NCBI RefSeq assembly: GCF_001194135.2
Contig: NC_068993.1
Location: forward strand, 35,293,296 to 35,327,586
Length of the DNA stretch: 34,291 nt
Direction: 5' to 3'
Origin: Octopus bimaculoides
Lineage: Eukaryota
Shown: positions 1-11,853 of the stretch, in pieces
How the letters are laid out: each line of letters opens with the position of its first letter
How positions within the stretch are numbered: position 1 is the stretch's first letter
Notes under the pieces: model-generated
The model's input: only the letters and a program-made list of their open reading frames with translations
The model's database searches: none
Told to the model about the DNA's origin: nothing
Made by a program: the position numbers and the translations under genes

Positions 1-1039
1 GTTTATGTAGTTTCCTGGTGTATATGTGTACATGTGTGTGTGCGCTGTAATTGTGACTGATTAGTTTTGTTTGTATTGTTAGTACAGTATGTGTGTATAC
101 GTGTGGGTGTGTTTGTGTGAGTGCGTCTATGTGGCTTGTATTTGTCGGGGAGGTGTGTCATTGTGTGTGCATGCTTCTGTGCATGTGTGCTTTTGAGTGT
201 TTGTTGTGATTGTTGAGATTGTATTGTGTGTATTTTTCTTTTGAGTGTGTGTGTGACATTTTTACTGGGGAACGGGCGTATGGTGTTTGTATGTGTGTGT
301 ACATATGTATGCAAATATGCGTGTGTGAATATGCTTTGTGGTTGCCGGAGTGGTGTGTAGGTGTGTGCATGTACCTGTTTACGTATGTGTGTATGGGTGT
401 TGGTTGTGGTTGCTACAATTGTATTGTAAGTGTATATATGCATGTGTTTTTTCTTGAAATGTATGTGGGTTTGTGCTCTAGTGTGGAGATATTGTGATTG
501 TGTGTGTGTGTGTGTGTATATGTGTGTAANNNNNNNNNNNNNNNNNNNNNNNNNNNNNNNNNNNNNNNNNNNNNNNNNNNNNNNNNNNNNNNNNNNNNNN
601 NNNNNNNNNNNNNNNNNNNNNNNNNNNNNNNNNNNNNNNNNNNNNNNNNNNNNNNNNNNNNNNNNNNNNNNNNNNNNNNNNNNNNNNNNNNNNNNNNNNN
701 NNNNNNNNNNNNNNNNNNNNNNNNNNNNNNNNNNNNNNNNNNNNNNNNNNNNNNNNNNNNNNNNNNNNNNNNNNNNNNNNNNNNNNNNNNNNNNNNNNNN
801 NNNNNNNNNNNNNNNNNNNNNNNNNNNNNNNNNNNNNNNNNNNNNNNNNNNNNNNNNNNTATATATACAAAGATGTCCATAAATACATATTGAAAGTAAT
901 AGAAATGCAACTAATATATATATATATAGATACATAATGAAATGACTTGGAATCGATACCATATAATAGTGAAAGTATTAATAGAGATGTTATTGTTTCA
1001 CTTTTGACACGTAATACACAAATAGTGTAAGAGTTAAGA

Positions 1040-1212
1040 GATTGCTCCGGGCTCACATTAGGCAACAAAAAATTTTTTGGCGCATGACACTACATGGACC
1101 CTAAGTAAGGCATGTGCAACATTTGAATGAAATCCGTTGGGTAGTTCTCGGGTTTCAGTGATGCACATATAAAAACGCACAGACAGACACATTCTTAGCT
1201 CTATATATATTA
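1040..1212 (+). mobile_element. Possible non-autonomous Helitron/Helentron-like 3' end
   Basis: CATGTGCAACATTTGAATGAAATCCGTTGGGTAGTTCTCGGGTTT...ACAGACAGACACATT...TATATATAT resembles the recalled 'AAATTTCAT..AATCGG....GTAGTT...ACAGACAGAC...TATATAT' ends of such elements. Recollection only. Confidence 0.35.
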
Positions 1213-1323
1213 TGTAAATTCAATAAGGAAGACAGATTCAAGTATCAAATTATTTCTGGTCAAATCATATATATTTTTCTCCATACAATCCCATTTGAAA
1301 TCAATTGCTGTTCGCTCCTTAAT

Positions 1324-1537
1324 AACAACAACAACAACAACAATGATAATAATTTTGAGGCTGGGCTTTCAGTGAGAACATTGTGACTAGTACTTGGCTG
1401 ATAGACAAGGACAGTAAGAACAACAACAAACGCAATAATAACGACACTACTACTACTGTTACTACTACTACTGTTACTACTACTACTAGGACTACTACTA
1501 CTACTACTAGCTGTAGTAGTAGTATTTGTAGTAGTAT
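1324..1537. repeat. Compound trinucleotide repeats (AAC)n, (ACT)n, (AGT)n
   Basis: Read directly; accounts for the poly-T/S/V/L ORFs listed here. Confidence 0.9.
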
Positions 1538-1696
1538 CAGCAGCCGCAACACCGGCATCAAGACTAGGAGTAGTAATTATTTCTTTGTACACCGTATGAA
1601 ACCTATTCTCTAGAGAAATAAAAAAAATTACGACTTAGGTAGCAGCAAACAAAACATGAAATACAAATAAAGCTCTTCATACAGACAGCTGTGTGT

Positions 1697-1701
<5 letters not shown>

Positions 1702-1735
<34 letters not shown>

Positions 1736-1910
1736 CATGTTATGCTATCAAGCGTCTAATAAATGTTATGTATGGTAGAGTGTTGTTTACATTTTTGTTT
1801 GTTAAAATACTCAAGTAATTAAAATAAGCTACGTATTTTGAAACATGTACCTTACAATACAAACAGACATATACATACGTACGTGTATATATATGTAGGT
1901 AGGTATGTAT

Positions 1911-1954
<44 letters not shown>
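1702..1954. repeat. (TG)n at 1702-1732 and (CA)n at 1912-1954
   Basis: Read directly. Confidence 0.95.
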
Positions 1955-1955
<1 letters not shown>

Positions 1956-2437
1956 ATAGATAAACTAAATAAACAAAATTTTTATTAGTTACTTTAAACA
2001 ATCTTTTTTATATCAATAACTTTACATAAATAGAAGAGTTCTTATATATTACCAATTTAATTATCATTTATATTTTTTACACGTTTTATTACAGTTTCTA
2101 GATAAAATAAGACCCTGATATTTAATTTATATACCTATATATTATTGTTGTACGTTATTATAATAGCGAAAGATTGTCTTCGACCTAAACGAGTTTGGAT
2201 TAGTATTATTTGATATATATAGAAATATATAGAATATTATTTGAGGTATATAGAAATTTCGATAGTTGTAGATTCTATTTACTTAATTATTTTGTCGTTA
2301 TAACTTTGTTGTCTTTTATTTGTAATTGCTTTGTAATTGAAAAGTTAATGCTCACGCTGATAATACATTGACATTTGATCTAATTTTTTTACAATCCAGC
2401 CGTCCTTTCAAACAGAATTTCGTCTATCTTTAAACCT

Positions 2438-2520
2438 TAGCTCTGATGAGATTTGTATAAGTGAATTGAATTGTTTATATATCAAAAAATGTATTATAAG
2501 TCGAAACAAATTGTCGGCTA
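2438..2520 (+). ncRNA. Type I hammerhead ribozyme, minimal PLE-type
   Basis: UAGCU-CUGAUGA(2443-2449)-GAUUUGUA...UAUAAGUC-GAA-ACAAAUUGU-C(2515)-GGCUA. The core is intact. Stem II is 8 bp including two G-U pairs, helix III is near-palindromic, the triplet is canonical GUC, and stem I is 5 bp. Confidence 0.7.
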
Positions 2521-2641
2521 CTTTGGTTGTTAATGATTTTTAAAACGTTATCTTATATTATATGATAACATATTCATAATATATTATGTTATAGTATAAT
2601 TATTGGATTGTCAACTGTATCTCTCTATTTAACTTATTGTT

Positions 2642-2667
2642 TATATATATAAATATATATATATATG

Positions 2668-2713
<46 letters not shown>
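2642..2713. repeat. (TA)n microsatellite
   Basis: Read directly. Confidence 0.95.
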
Positions 2714-2714
<1 letters not shown>

Positions 2715-5007
2715 GTATGTGGGTATATGCGTGCTACTATGTATTTATGCATTTGCGTCTTGTTTATTGAAAATTATTTTTATCTCATCACTTAAATTTC
2801 ACGTCGTTGCGATCTTCATACGAGAATTTCTGCGACTCGGTTTTGGTGGTATGTTCGTAATCACTGGCTTGTATGGTTTAATGTTTGTGTTAATTGAATA
2901 GTTTGCGTTCCGCATTTGCTGATTAGATATTTTCCTATCCCGTCATTCGTTATCATTTGATAAATGGGTGTATGTGTTTGTTTTTTTGCTCTTTGTTAAT
3001 TTAATTTTTTTTGTTTTGTTTTTTTTTTTAAATCTTATTAATTGTTTTGCATTTTATCGTAGTGTGTTTGCTACTGTTGTAAAAGAATTTTAAAGAAGTT
3101 TGTGAACTGTTTTAACTGAATCATACAAAGACTGGTTCTTTTGTAACAGCTGTTTCATGGCTGTGTGATTTTAGTGTCGTTCTTAAAACGTGTTTGTGTT
3201 TATTTCAGTAAAAGCAACATGCTTCCCAGTATCGGTTTTGAATTAGGCCCACGTTACAATGTACAGATATGTATAAAAGAATCTACCAAAATTATGTGAT
3301 ATTCATGCAATTCTCAAATAATTGTTTTTTTAACATGAGCCTGTTGGTTTGAGCCGAAATTTTCTAAAAACATATCCACAATTATTTCCTCACTCTATCT
3401 ATTTTCATAAACCTTACTGTGTTGTGCAACATCTGGTATGTTGCGAAAGAAATGGATCATTCCCTGTAAAGGAACCTATTCCCCTTAATCTAAAAAAATA
3501 AGCGTATTTATAGAACAAATAGTATTAAATGGTTTCAATCGGTAATCGATATCTTTCCTGGATTCAGTTATCCACGAGCTTCCTCTATTATAATCCTTTA
3601 CCTGGTGTGCACCAAACATATGATTACAGTGTAAACTATCTAACAAGTGCCGTACCAATAGAAGCAACACTGACAGGAATAATCATAATAGCCATAGACA
3701 TAGATGACATCAAGATAAATTGGCAATATTACGATAAAATGGATAATGGAATTCATAAAGACTGCCATCAAATAAAATATTATGATGAATAAATATTCAA
3801 GTGATGACGGAAGCGAGGCTCTTGAGCATCGAATCCTAATTATATGAAATAACGAGATGTAAAATAAAGCTAATGTGAATACGATAAACCACGACAATAA
3901 AGAAACAATTTTATAAAACGCTGCTGAATGTATTTATTAAAACGTTAGTGAGAGCATAGTGAACTGACATTGTTGAACATTATCTATTACAGTGATACAT
4001 TAGCGAAGCTGACACATAAAATGGAGAAGCAGATGTTTAGAAAATTCGTTTTATTAGATAGAGGATCGAGTCGAATTGCTTACAGCAATATGACAACGAT
4101 TGAAAACGCAGAGAGAAAAAATATCAATTATTCCACAAGAATGATTGATATGTAAAAGAATGTAAAGAGAAGCTTTGTACAACAGATAATGAAAAATAGT
4201 GTTTCATCTGAAAGGAAAAGATGTTACGAATGTTATGAAACGAAAACATATGGCCAAACAAAATTGTTTAAGGGGTTTTAAATTAACGAGAAACGATCAA
4301 TTGAATTTGAAGAACATTGAAAGAAAAGACAATCGACTGCTGTTAGAAATATATAAAGTGTGACCTCTGCTGTCAGTATTTCGGTGGGTCGTTTACGTAC
4401 TTATAATACTCAATGTTTACTGATCGCTCTAGAACAGCTTCTGGATAAATGAGTCAGCTTCTCGCTTTCCGATTACATTTCAAAGCCTTACCGCTTAACT
4501 TATGTCTTTAATGCCCTAACATAATAAGGAATTAACCTAACAAATGACCCGAAGATTAATAATGTAAGTTCTAATAACATACTGGTATCGATTTAATAGA
4601 CGTTTTTGTTTCTCTATAAAAAAGAGCAGGCTTTATAATCACATGTCTGTAGCAATAGATGAAACGACGGATTTGTCTTTTATCTTTGAATGCAAATAGA
4701 TCAGGGGTTAAGCATCGACTAAGAACACTATGTGAATTGAGAGAAAAATTAATTTCATCTAATACCAACCACAAGTCTTTCATGCAGAATATATGAAAGA
4801 CTACAATAAAACTACAATTATATCATATATTATATTGTGTTATTCAATATGACTGAATATGTAACATGTTTGAGATTATAGGACTGACTGTAAAATAACT
4901 AATGTATTTTAATAGTTATACCAAATATAAGTTGAATATATATAGATATCCTGTAAAGGGCAATTACAAAGAAACACTAATAAGTCTACTTAATTTTAGA
5001 CATCAAA

Positions 5008-5200
5008 CGGTGTGGTACAATGGCAGAATCGTTGAGTACGGAACCTAATATATCTTTCTGTCGCTTTACATTTTGAGTTCAAATCCTGCCGAAGTTAACT
5101 TCGTATTTCATCCGTCCAGAGTCGTCAAAATGAAGTAGCAATCAAGGAGCATCATTGTTTTAATCAGCTAATCCATTTCTCAAAATGACAGGGCTTATAT
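5008..5200 (+). mobile_element. Diverged SINE family B copy
   Basis: TGGCAGAATCGTT...TTTACATTTTGAGTTCAAATCCTGCCGAAGTTAACTT...TTTCATCC matches the family B head in sense orientation. Confidence 0.6.
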
Positions 5201-6322
5201 CGTTATGCTATGTACATGTAAACCAATCTATCCTTGGTATACAAGTAGTCGATCATGATTTTCTAATATCGTAACTACGTTCGTTCGTTCTATGGAAGGA
5301 ATGTTTGGATATTTTTATGTATACTTTATTGGTAGGGAAGTGATGTTGGTCTATATTCTGCCAAGATGTTGATCATCAGTTTCAAAATACAAAATTTTGT
5401 CTTTCAATATACAAGGTGAGGATTTATTACAACTCCTTATACTGCATTCAAACAAAATCCAACCATTTACTTAACATATTACTTATCCCCACCACCATAA
5501 TAATCGAATGATTAATCTAACTAAAGGTTGTGATCGACTTAGATGTTTTAGGTGCTGATTAGTGATGCAACCTTCGAAATGCATTAGAGTGCTGTTGAAA
5601 ACTCATTCTTCGCACGTGGTTTCAATGAAAGAGTAGACTGGTACAGTCGAAACGAACTTAATTCTATGACTACAAGAACAACTGAGCTTAATAATGCAAA
5701 ATTGAGAAACAGCTCTCAATTTCCTTCCCTTATTGTGCAATATGTCGACAACTATTTAGAGCTAGATGAAGCCAGCCATTGGGTGTGTCTCGGCCACGAA
5801 CCTGCAACATTGAAGATCTACAATTTAAGTTTCGAAAGTTGTATATTCACTGTTAATTATTACATTCACATAAAAACCGGTAGAATGATACTGTGATTTC
5901 AGTACGTCGCTAAACTTAAAATCTTATATACACAATGGTCTTTGTATTAAATCGTGTTTGGATACCACTGAAAGTGGATATTGGTATTTAGAAATTCGCT
6001 TCCTTCGGATATATATTTTATATTACCTGGACAAACTAGGTATGTAATTCTGCTGTCTCTACGATATAAACGTAAACGATTCTGTTGCAAATTAGGAATT
6101 TTTGAAATCTTTGAAAGTTAATATCTAATTATTTTATTTTGCTCCGGTTTAATAATGAATAAATTCGGAGCTTCAGTATCTAACTTATTACATTTCATAT
6201 TACTTGCAGCGAGCTACGTAACAGAACACTGCATAGAAATTATCTTGGTTATACATCAATATTGCGAATAATTATATGTCTGTTGCATACAGAACAAAAA
6301 GTGTGTATGAAATTTCGGATAT

Positions 6323-6325
<3 letters not shown>

Positions 6326-6395
<70 letters not shown>
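6326..6395. repeat. (CA)n microsatellite
   Basis: Read directly. Confidence 0.97.
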
Positions 6396-6399
<4 letters not shown>

Positions 6400-7699
6400 T
6401 TTATGCGCTTGTGTTTGTACTTGAGCATCTGTATATATGTAATATCATAATACAACATTTTAATTTAAAATGAAATATGATTAAGCTATGCAAGAAAAAC
6501 ATTTGTAAGATATTTGATACATTGTTGAATTATCGAATAAACAATCAGTGTAAATTTTAATGAGATGTTAAATTTTTCATTAAAAGATTTAAATGAATAA
6601 TCCTTACATAAACACTGTGTTGTACAGCCAAACAATTCAGAGTATTGCTTATACCTTAACAAAAAACTAGTGATATAATTTTTGAAATAGCATCAAGCAA
6701 GAATGGGAAGCCAAACGCCGCCTCATCATTGCCAAGCGTTTATCTTTGTATCATCCATATTCATCACACTATTTTACAGATCACATATATTCTTACGCTT
6801 TGGTCTGATGGGACGGGCTCTGGTCATGGCTTCTCAAGCTTTCTACAGCTGGCGAAATCAATGTGTGTTAAGGTGTTTATTAAAGAAAAAATACAGATCG
6901 ACTACTGCAGAAAAGAACTATGAAAAGAGAGAGAGTCACGAAGAAGCGTTGTTGAGAGAACGCTTGTGCATGGTAATAAGTGGGAGGCTACATATTACAC
7001 ACAATAGGAATAACATGAAGATGAGCAAAGAGACGTCTAAGTCGGTATGTGTTAAGATAACACGACCTACACCGGCTCTGAGATGCTAAAGCCTTTATAA
7101 AAGCGATAGAAACGCAAACGTCTATGGTCTATAAGCAACTCTATACCAGTCAGTTGGAGAGTGGGAAGCTTTACTTTTAGATGCGATCTAAGGTATTTGC
7201 ATGTATAGTAGCAACAGAAACAGGACGCCATTGAATTTTTGAGACAATTTTTTTAATTGCCAAGATTTGAAGTATTTTTAGATTTTAAAGATGAAAGCCA
7301 GGCTTTTGGATGCAGGCTTTAATTTGTTGAGGATGTAAGATTGCAATTCAAGTCACTGCTACGAAAGATCTTCCAAGCACTGAAGGAAGAGGGTAGGTTA
7401 CACAAATAGGCCTTAGATTTGATACAGTGATGTTCAGCGTGGGTAATACTGACACACGATGTGTTGGTGCTGACAAAAAGATTCCTTTCCAAGAGACAGG
7501 AAAAGAATAGATTTCCTGAGCAGAGAGTTCGATGATAAGATTTTCATGCTGGTAGTGGTAAAGTATTGCTATGTGGACATTTATTGTGGTTTTAGAGTCA
7601 GGATTTGACTGCTATTTTTCAGCGTGGTGGTATCTCTTAGATACCCTGTATTATAATTTTAAATAATTTCATTATTGCTGTTCCCAAAGCAATAATTTC

Positions 7700-8150
7700 A
7701 TCGGATTTCAGTCTAATGATACTTCTCAGATTGCATGTGTTGAGATATCTTCAACCATCTTCCCAATTCTCCATACTTCTCAGCGGAAACTGATTGAAAA
7801 CTACAATCCTTGGTTAATGATTTGAGTCTTTGTAAAAATTCATCGAGACTATGACCGCGTTCTTGTTTGTGTAGCAAGTAGATAGTTGTCTTGCAAAAAT
7901 TTCATACCTGGGCTTCACGTAGAAATTCTATAATATTTGTATGGCATCGTCATATGAAGAGCGATCAGCTACATATTCGTACACTAATAGAGCAATATAG
8001 GTGATAAGTGTATTCAGTTTATCTAGTTGATGCTGTTCTAAAGTATTAATAAAGTTAATGAAGATCCTGTGCCAGTGATTCCATTATTTGGCTGCATTTG
8101 TCGAATTAGGATCTGCGTCAAATCGTTCTGGACGTTGAAATCGACCCCTG
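7700..8150 (-). mobile_element. Decayed Ty3/Gypsy LTR-retrotransposon gag fragment
   Basis: Minus strand: RFQRPERFDADPNSTNAAK*WNHWHRIFINFINTLEQHQLDKLNTLITYIALLVYEYVADRSSYDDAIQIL*NFYVKPRYEIFARQ/LLAT/KQERGHSLDEFLQRLKSLTKDCSFQSVSAEKY. This matches a recalled invertebrate Gypsy gag N-terminus (RPERxDxDPN, KPxNEIFARHLLATR, SLDEFL). No pol is seen nearby. Confidence 0.8.
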
Positions 8151-8937
8151 TTTGAAAGAAGTTGAATAAACTGAAATGTAAAAACCAGGGTACAGAACGG
8201 ACAATTTCAAACTGACGAGCGTTTGTAAGGAAAACTGAATTGCCATATTGGAAATAAGGCTTTATTCAACTTCTTTGACAGATGCGGTAGACAAATAATA
8301 ATTTTCGCCAACGAGTTGAGAATGAGTTAACGACAACGACATGATGCACTTTGGTAGTGAAAAGCTAGCCAAAATTGTTACGTATAAAAATATGCATACA
8401 TGAACATCATGTAAATTTTCGTACAAACACGCAAAGAACATAAACATGCATACACACAGTTCATTGCATTCTCATAACATTGACGGCGATGATAACGACG
8501 ATGATGGCAACGTTGAGGGCGATAATAAAGGGTAAGAGAAGCAGGTGAAGAAAGATTGCTATGATGAGAAAATGAGGGCTATAATGATTATGCTAATAGT
8601 TTATTAGAAGAAATAAAAATATCTTCTCTCAGTGGAATAAAAAGAGAAGAAAAAATGTTACATAGAGGTAATGGTGCAAAACGTATGATGTTGTTCTTGG
8701 TCTGAAACAGACCGTTAAATTACCATAAAACTTATAAATATGAGCAATTGGTTATTGTAACATTTTTAAGCTCAATAAAAAAGAGAAACAATGTAGTTTG
8801 TTAATAGACAGTAAAATTAATGTATTACATTGCAGCATATTGTATATTAACTCATGTATCAAGACAACTTGAAATGGTATGGCCTCTTACAATTATACGT
8901 ATACCTTTCAGCTATTACGGAGGAGGATTATATATAA

Positions 8938-8938
8938 G

Positions 8939-8983
<45 letters not shown>

Positions 8984-9023
8984 CACAGACACATACACAC
9001 ACACATACAAACACACACACACA
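8938..9023. repeat. (CA)n microsatellite running into a gap
   Basis: Read directly. Confidence 0.95.
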
Positions 9024-9302
9024 NNNNNNNNNNNNNNNNNNNNNNNNNNNNNNNNNNNNNNNNNNNNNNNNNNNNNNNNNNNNNNNNNNNNNNNNNNNNN
9101 NNNNNNNNNNNNNNNNNNNNNNNNNNNNNNNNNNNNNNNNNNNNNNNNNNNNNNNNNNNNNNNNNNNNNNNNNNNNNNNNNNNNNNNNNNNNNNNNNNNN
9201 NNNNNNNNNNNNNNNNNNNNNNNNNNNNNNNNNNNNNNNNNNNNNNNNNNNNNNNNNNNNNNNNNNNNNNNNNNNNNNNNNNNNNNNNNNNNNNNNNNNN
9301 NN

Positions 9303-10096
9303 TTTTAACAGATATATATATGAAACTTACATAAAAATATATTGAAATACTAAATAGAAAATTTATTCAATAAAATCGCCATTGGCTTCAACCAATGACT
9401 TTGGATTATCCTGCAACGCTTCTGGATAGTCTCCTTTTCAAGTTGGTGAATGCTGCCACAATCTTTCACTTCAGTTCATCTTTGGTGTCACAAGGAGTTC
9501 TGTTGGTCACTCGCTCAACTGCGCCACACGTATCGTAATCAAATGGGGTTGCAATCTAGAGAGTTAGGTAGCCAGAAGGTAGTGGTGATGTGGTAGCAGA
9601 AGTTGTCTGAAAGCCATGAGTGGGTTCTCCTGCTTGTGTGACAAGGTGCAGAGTCATGTTGTCAGACACAGGATCTTCCAGCAGCCACCTTCTTGACCCA
9701 GAGCAGCACTACCTCCTCCAGGCACTTGATGTATGTCTCCGTGTTGAGTTATTGTGTGAAAAGATGAAGGAATAACGTCGCCATCATTAGTGATCACTCC
9801 AAACGCCATGAAGTTGACTTAATGTTTAATTTTTATCACTCGCAGTACATGCACTATCCTCAGAGTGAGACCCAAATTCTGCAATGTTCGTATTGGAGCT
9901 TCCAGCGCGAATGCCACGCAGTGCAGCATGTTGTTTCCAAATTTCTGGCCGAGTAAATTGTGACATCGTGCGGTTTTTCTCACAGACGATACCAAACTGA
10001 CCCTACTATATCGTATAGTCGACAAAACCAAAAGCAAAGGATGCACATGCTCTAAATAAAAATATAAGATAGCGACAATTTACCTATCGCATCCTG
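9303..10096 (-). mobile_element. Internally deleted, decayed Tc1/mariner transposon of DD37D (maT-like) type
   Basis: Minus strand: FGVITNDGDV...LEEVVLLWVKKVAAGRSCV*QHDSAPCHTSRRTHSWLSDNFCYHITTTFWLPNSLDCNPI/DY...EANGDFIE* (stop 9363-9365). D-to-D spacing is 37 once the frameshift is corrected. The left end reads TA|CAGGATGCGATAGGTAAATTGTCGC (TA at 10097-10098). The other end is lost in the N-gap. Confidence 0.85.
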
Positions 10097-11064
10097 TATT
10101 TATTTATATATATATATATNNNNNNNNNNNNNNNNNNNNNNNNNNNNNNNNNNNNNNNNNNNNNNNNNNNNNNNNNNNNNNNNNNNNNNNNNNNNNNNNN
10201 NNNNNNNNNNNNNNNNNNNNNNNNNNNNNNNNNNNNNNNNNNNNNNNNNNNNNNNNNNNNNNNNNNNNNNNNNNNNNNNNNNNNNNNNNNNNNNNNNNNN
10301 NNNNNNNNNNNNNNNNNNNNNNNNNNNNNNNNNNNNNNNNNNNNNNNNNNNNNNNNNNNNNNNNNNNNNNNNNNNNNNNNNNNNNNNNNNNNNNNNNNNN
10401 NNNNNNNNNNNNNNNNNNNNNNNNNNNNNNNNNNNNNNNNNNNNNNNNNNNNNNNNNNNNNNNNNNNNNNNNNNNNNNNNNNNNNNNNNNNNNNNNNNNN
10501 NNNNNNNNNNNNNNNNNNNNNNNNNNNNNNNNNNNNNNNNNNNNNNNNNNNNNNNNNNNNNNNNNNNNNNNNNNNNNNNNNNNNNNNNNNNNNNNNNNNN
10601 NNNNNNNNNNNNNNNNNNNNNNNNNNNNNNNNNNNNNNNNNNNNNNNNNNNNNNNNNNNNNNNNNNNNNNNNNNNNNNNNNNNNNNNNNNNNNNNNNNNN
10701 NNNNNNNNNNNNNNNNNNNNNNNNNNNNNNNNNNNNNNNNNNNNNNNNNNNNNNNNNNNNNNNNNNNNNNNNNNNNNNNNNNNNNNNNNNNNNNNNNNNN
10801 NNNNNNNNNNNNNNNNNNNNNNNNNNNNNNNNNNNNNNNNNNNNNNNNNNNNNNNNNNNNNNNNNNNNNNNNNNNNNNNNNNNNNNNNNNNNNNNNNNNN
10901 NNNNNNNNNNNNNNNNNNNNNNNNNNNNNNNNNNNNNNNNNNNNNNNNNNNNNNNNNNNNNNNNNNNNNNNNNNNNNNNNNNNNNNNNNNNNNNNNNNNN
11001 NNNNNNNNNNNNNNNNNNNNNNNNNNNNNNNNNNNNNNNNNNNNNNNNNNNNNNNNNNNNNNNN

Positions 11065-11100
<36 letters not shown>

Positions 11101-11112
11101 TGCATATATACA

Positions 11113-11390
11113 CAGCCTCGGGCCGATCCGAGTGGATTTGGTAGACGGAAACTGAAAGACGCCCGTCGTATTTGTGTGTATATGTTTGTGTGCCTGTGTT
11201 TGTTCCCCCCAACATCGCTTGACAACCGATGCTGGTATGTTTACGTCCGCATAACTTAGCAGTTCGGCAAATGGAACCGATAGAATGAGTACTAGCCTTA
11301 CAAAGAATATGTCCTGGTGTCGATTTGCTTGACTAAAGGTGGTGCTCCAGCATGACCACAGTCAAATGACTGAAACAAGTAAAAGAATTT
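11113..11390 (+). mobile_element. 5'-truncated SINE family A copy
   Basis: GAGTGGATTTGGTAGACGGAAACTGAAAGA...CATCGCTTGACAACCGATG...GGTGCTCCAGCATGACCACAGTCAAATGACTGAAACAAGTAAAAGAAT; homologous to the reverse complement of 32633-32990. Confidence 0.85.
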
Positions 11391-11612
11391 ATATATATCT
11401 GTATCTATGTATTTGTGTGTCTGTGTTTGTCCACCAACATCGCTTCACAATGGATGTTGGTGTGATTACGTCCCCGTAGGCTAGCGATTCGGCAAAGAGG
11501 CCGATAGAATAAGTAATAGGGTTACAAAAACAAGTTCTGGGGTTGATTATTTCGTTTAAAGGCGGTGCTCCAGCATGGATGCAGTCAAATGACTGAAACA
11601 GTTAAAAGAGTA

Positions 11613-11614
<2 letters not shown>
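11391..11614 (+). mobile_element. Second, tandem 3'-half of SINE family A
   Basis: Starts at a TA/TG tract and repeats the CAACATCGCTT...GCAGTCAAATGACTGAAACAG body immediately after the first copy. Confidence 0.8.

Positions 11615-11615
<1 letters not shown>

Positions 11616-11663
<48 letters not shown>
11616..11663. repeat. (TA)n microsatellite
   Basis: Read directly. Confidence 0.95.
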
Positions 11664-11665
<2 letters not shown>

Positions 11666-11853
11666 CAATAAGAAAATGGAGGAGAATATGCGGTATCCAT
11701 CGACTTGCAGACAGTGTATTCCATTGAATTAATTTGTTTATTTTGTAACTAAAATGACAAAAACCACAATATACAGATGCTTATGACATACCATGTCATA
11801 TTAACAATTAAGATTACAAATATAAAGTACATTTAGCAATTCGAGAATATACA

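Noticed and set aside
3141-3210. GAAACAGCTGTT on the minus strand, the same helix III palindrome as the 11.9-kb HHR
   Set aside because: The upstream core reads CUGAAAU rather than CUGANGA and stem II does not pair; at best a fossil.
3485-3897. Hydrophobic minus-strand ORF (LFIIIFYLMAVFMNSIIHFIVILPIY) and overlapping ORFs suggesting a membrane protein or Cys-loop receptor TM
   Set aside because: No recognisable motif or splice pair; hydrophobicity is expected from T-rich DNA.
4640-4680. VAIDETTDLS, resembling the hAT first catalytic-D motif
   Set aside because: Isolated 10-aa match with no flanking transposase similarity.
7085-7125. Palindrome CTTTTATAAAAG flanked by CTAAAG and GATAGAAAC, superficially hammerhead-like
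   Set aside because: Both core strands are non-canonical; AT-rich palindromes are common here.
7300-7580. Possible CR1/L2 LINE 3'-end remnant on the minus strand (YHYQHENLIIELS..., PR*TSLY)
   Set aside because: Similarity is too weak and needs several frameshifts.
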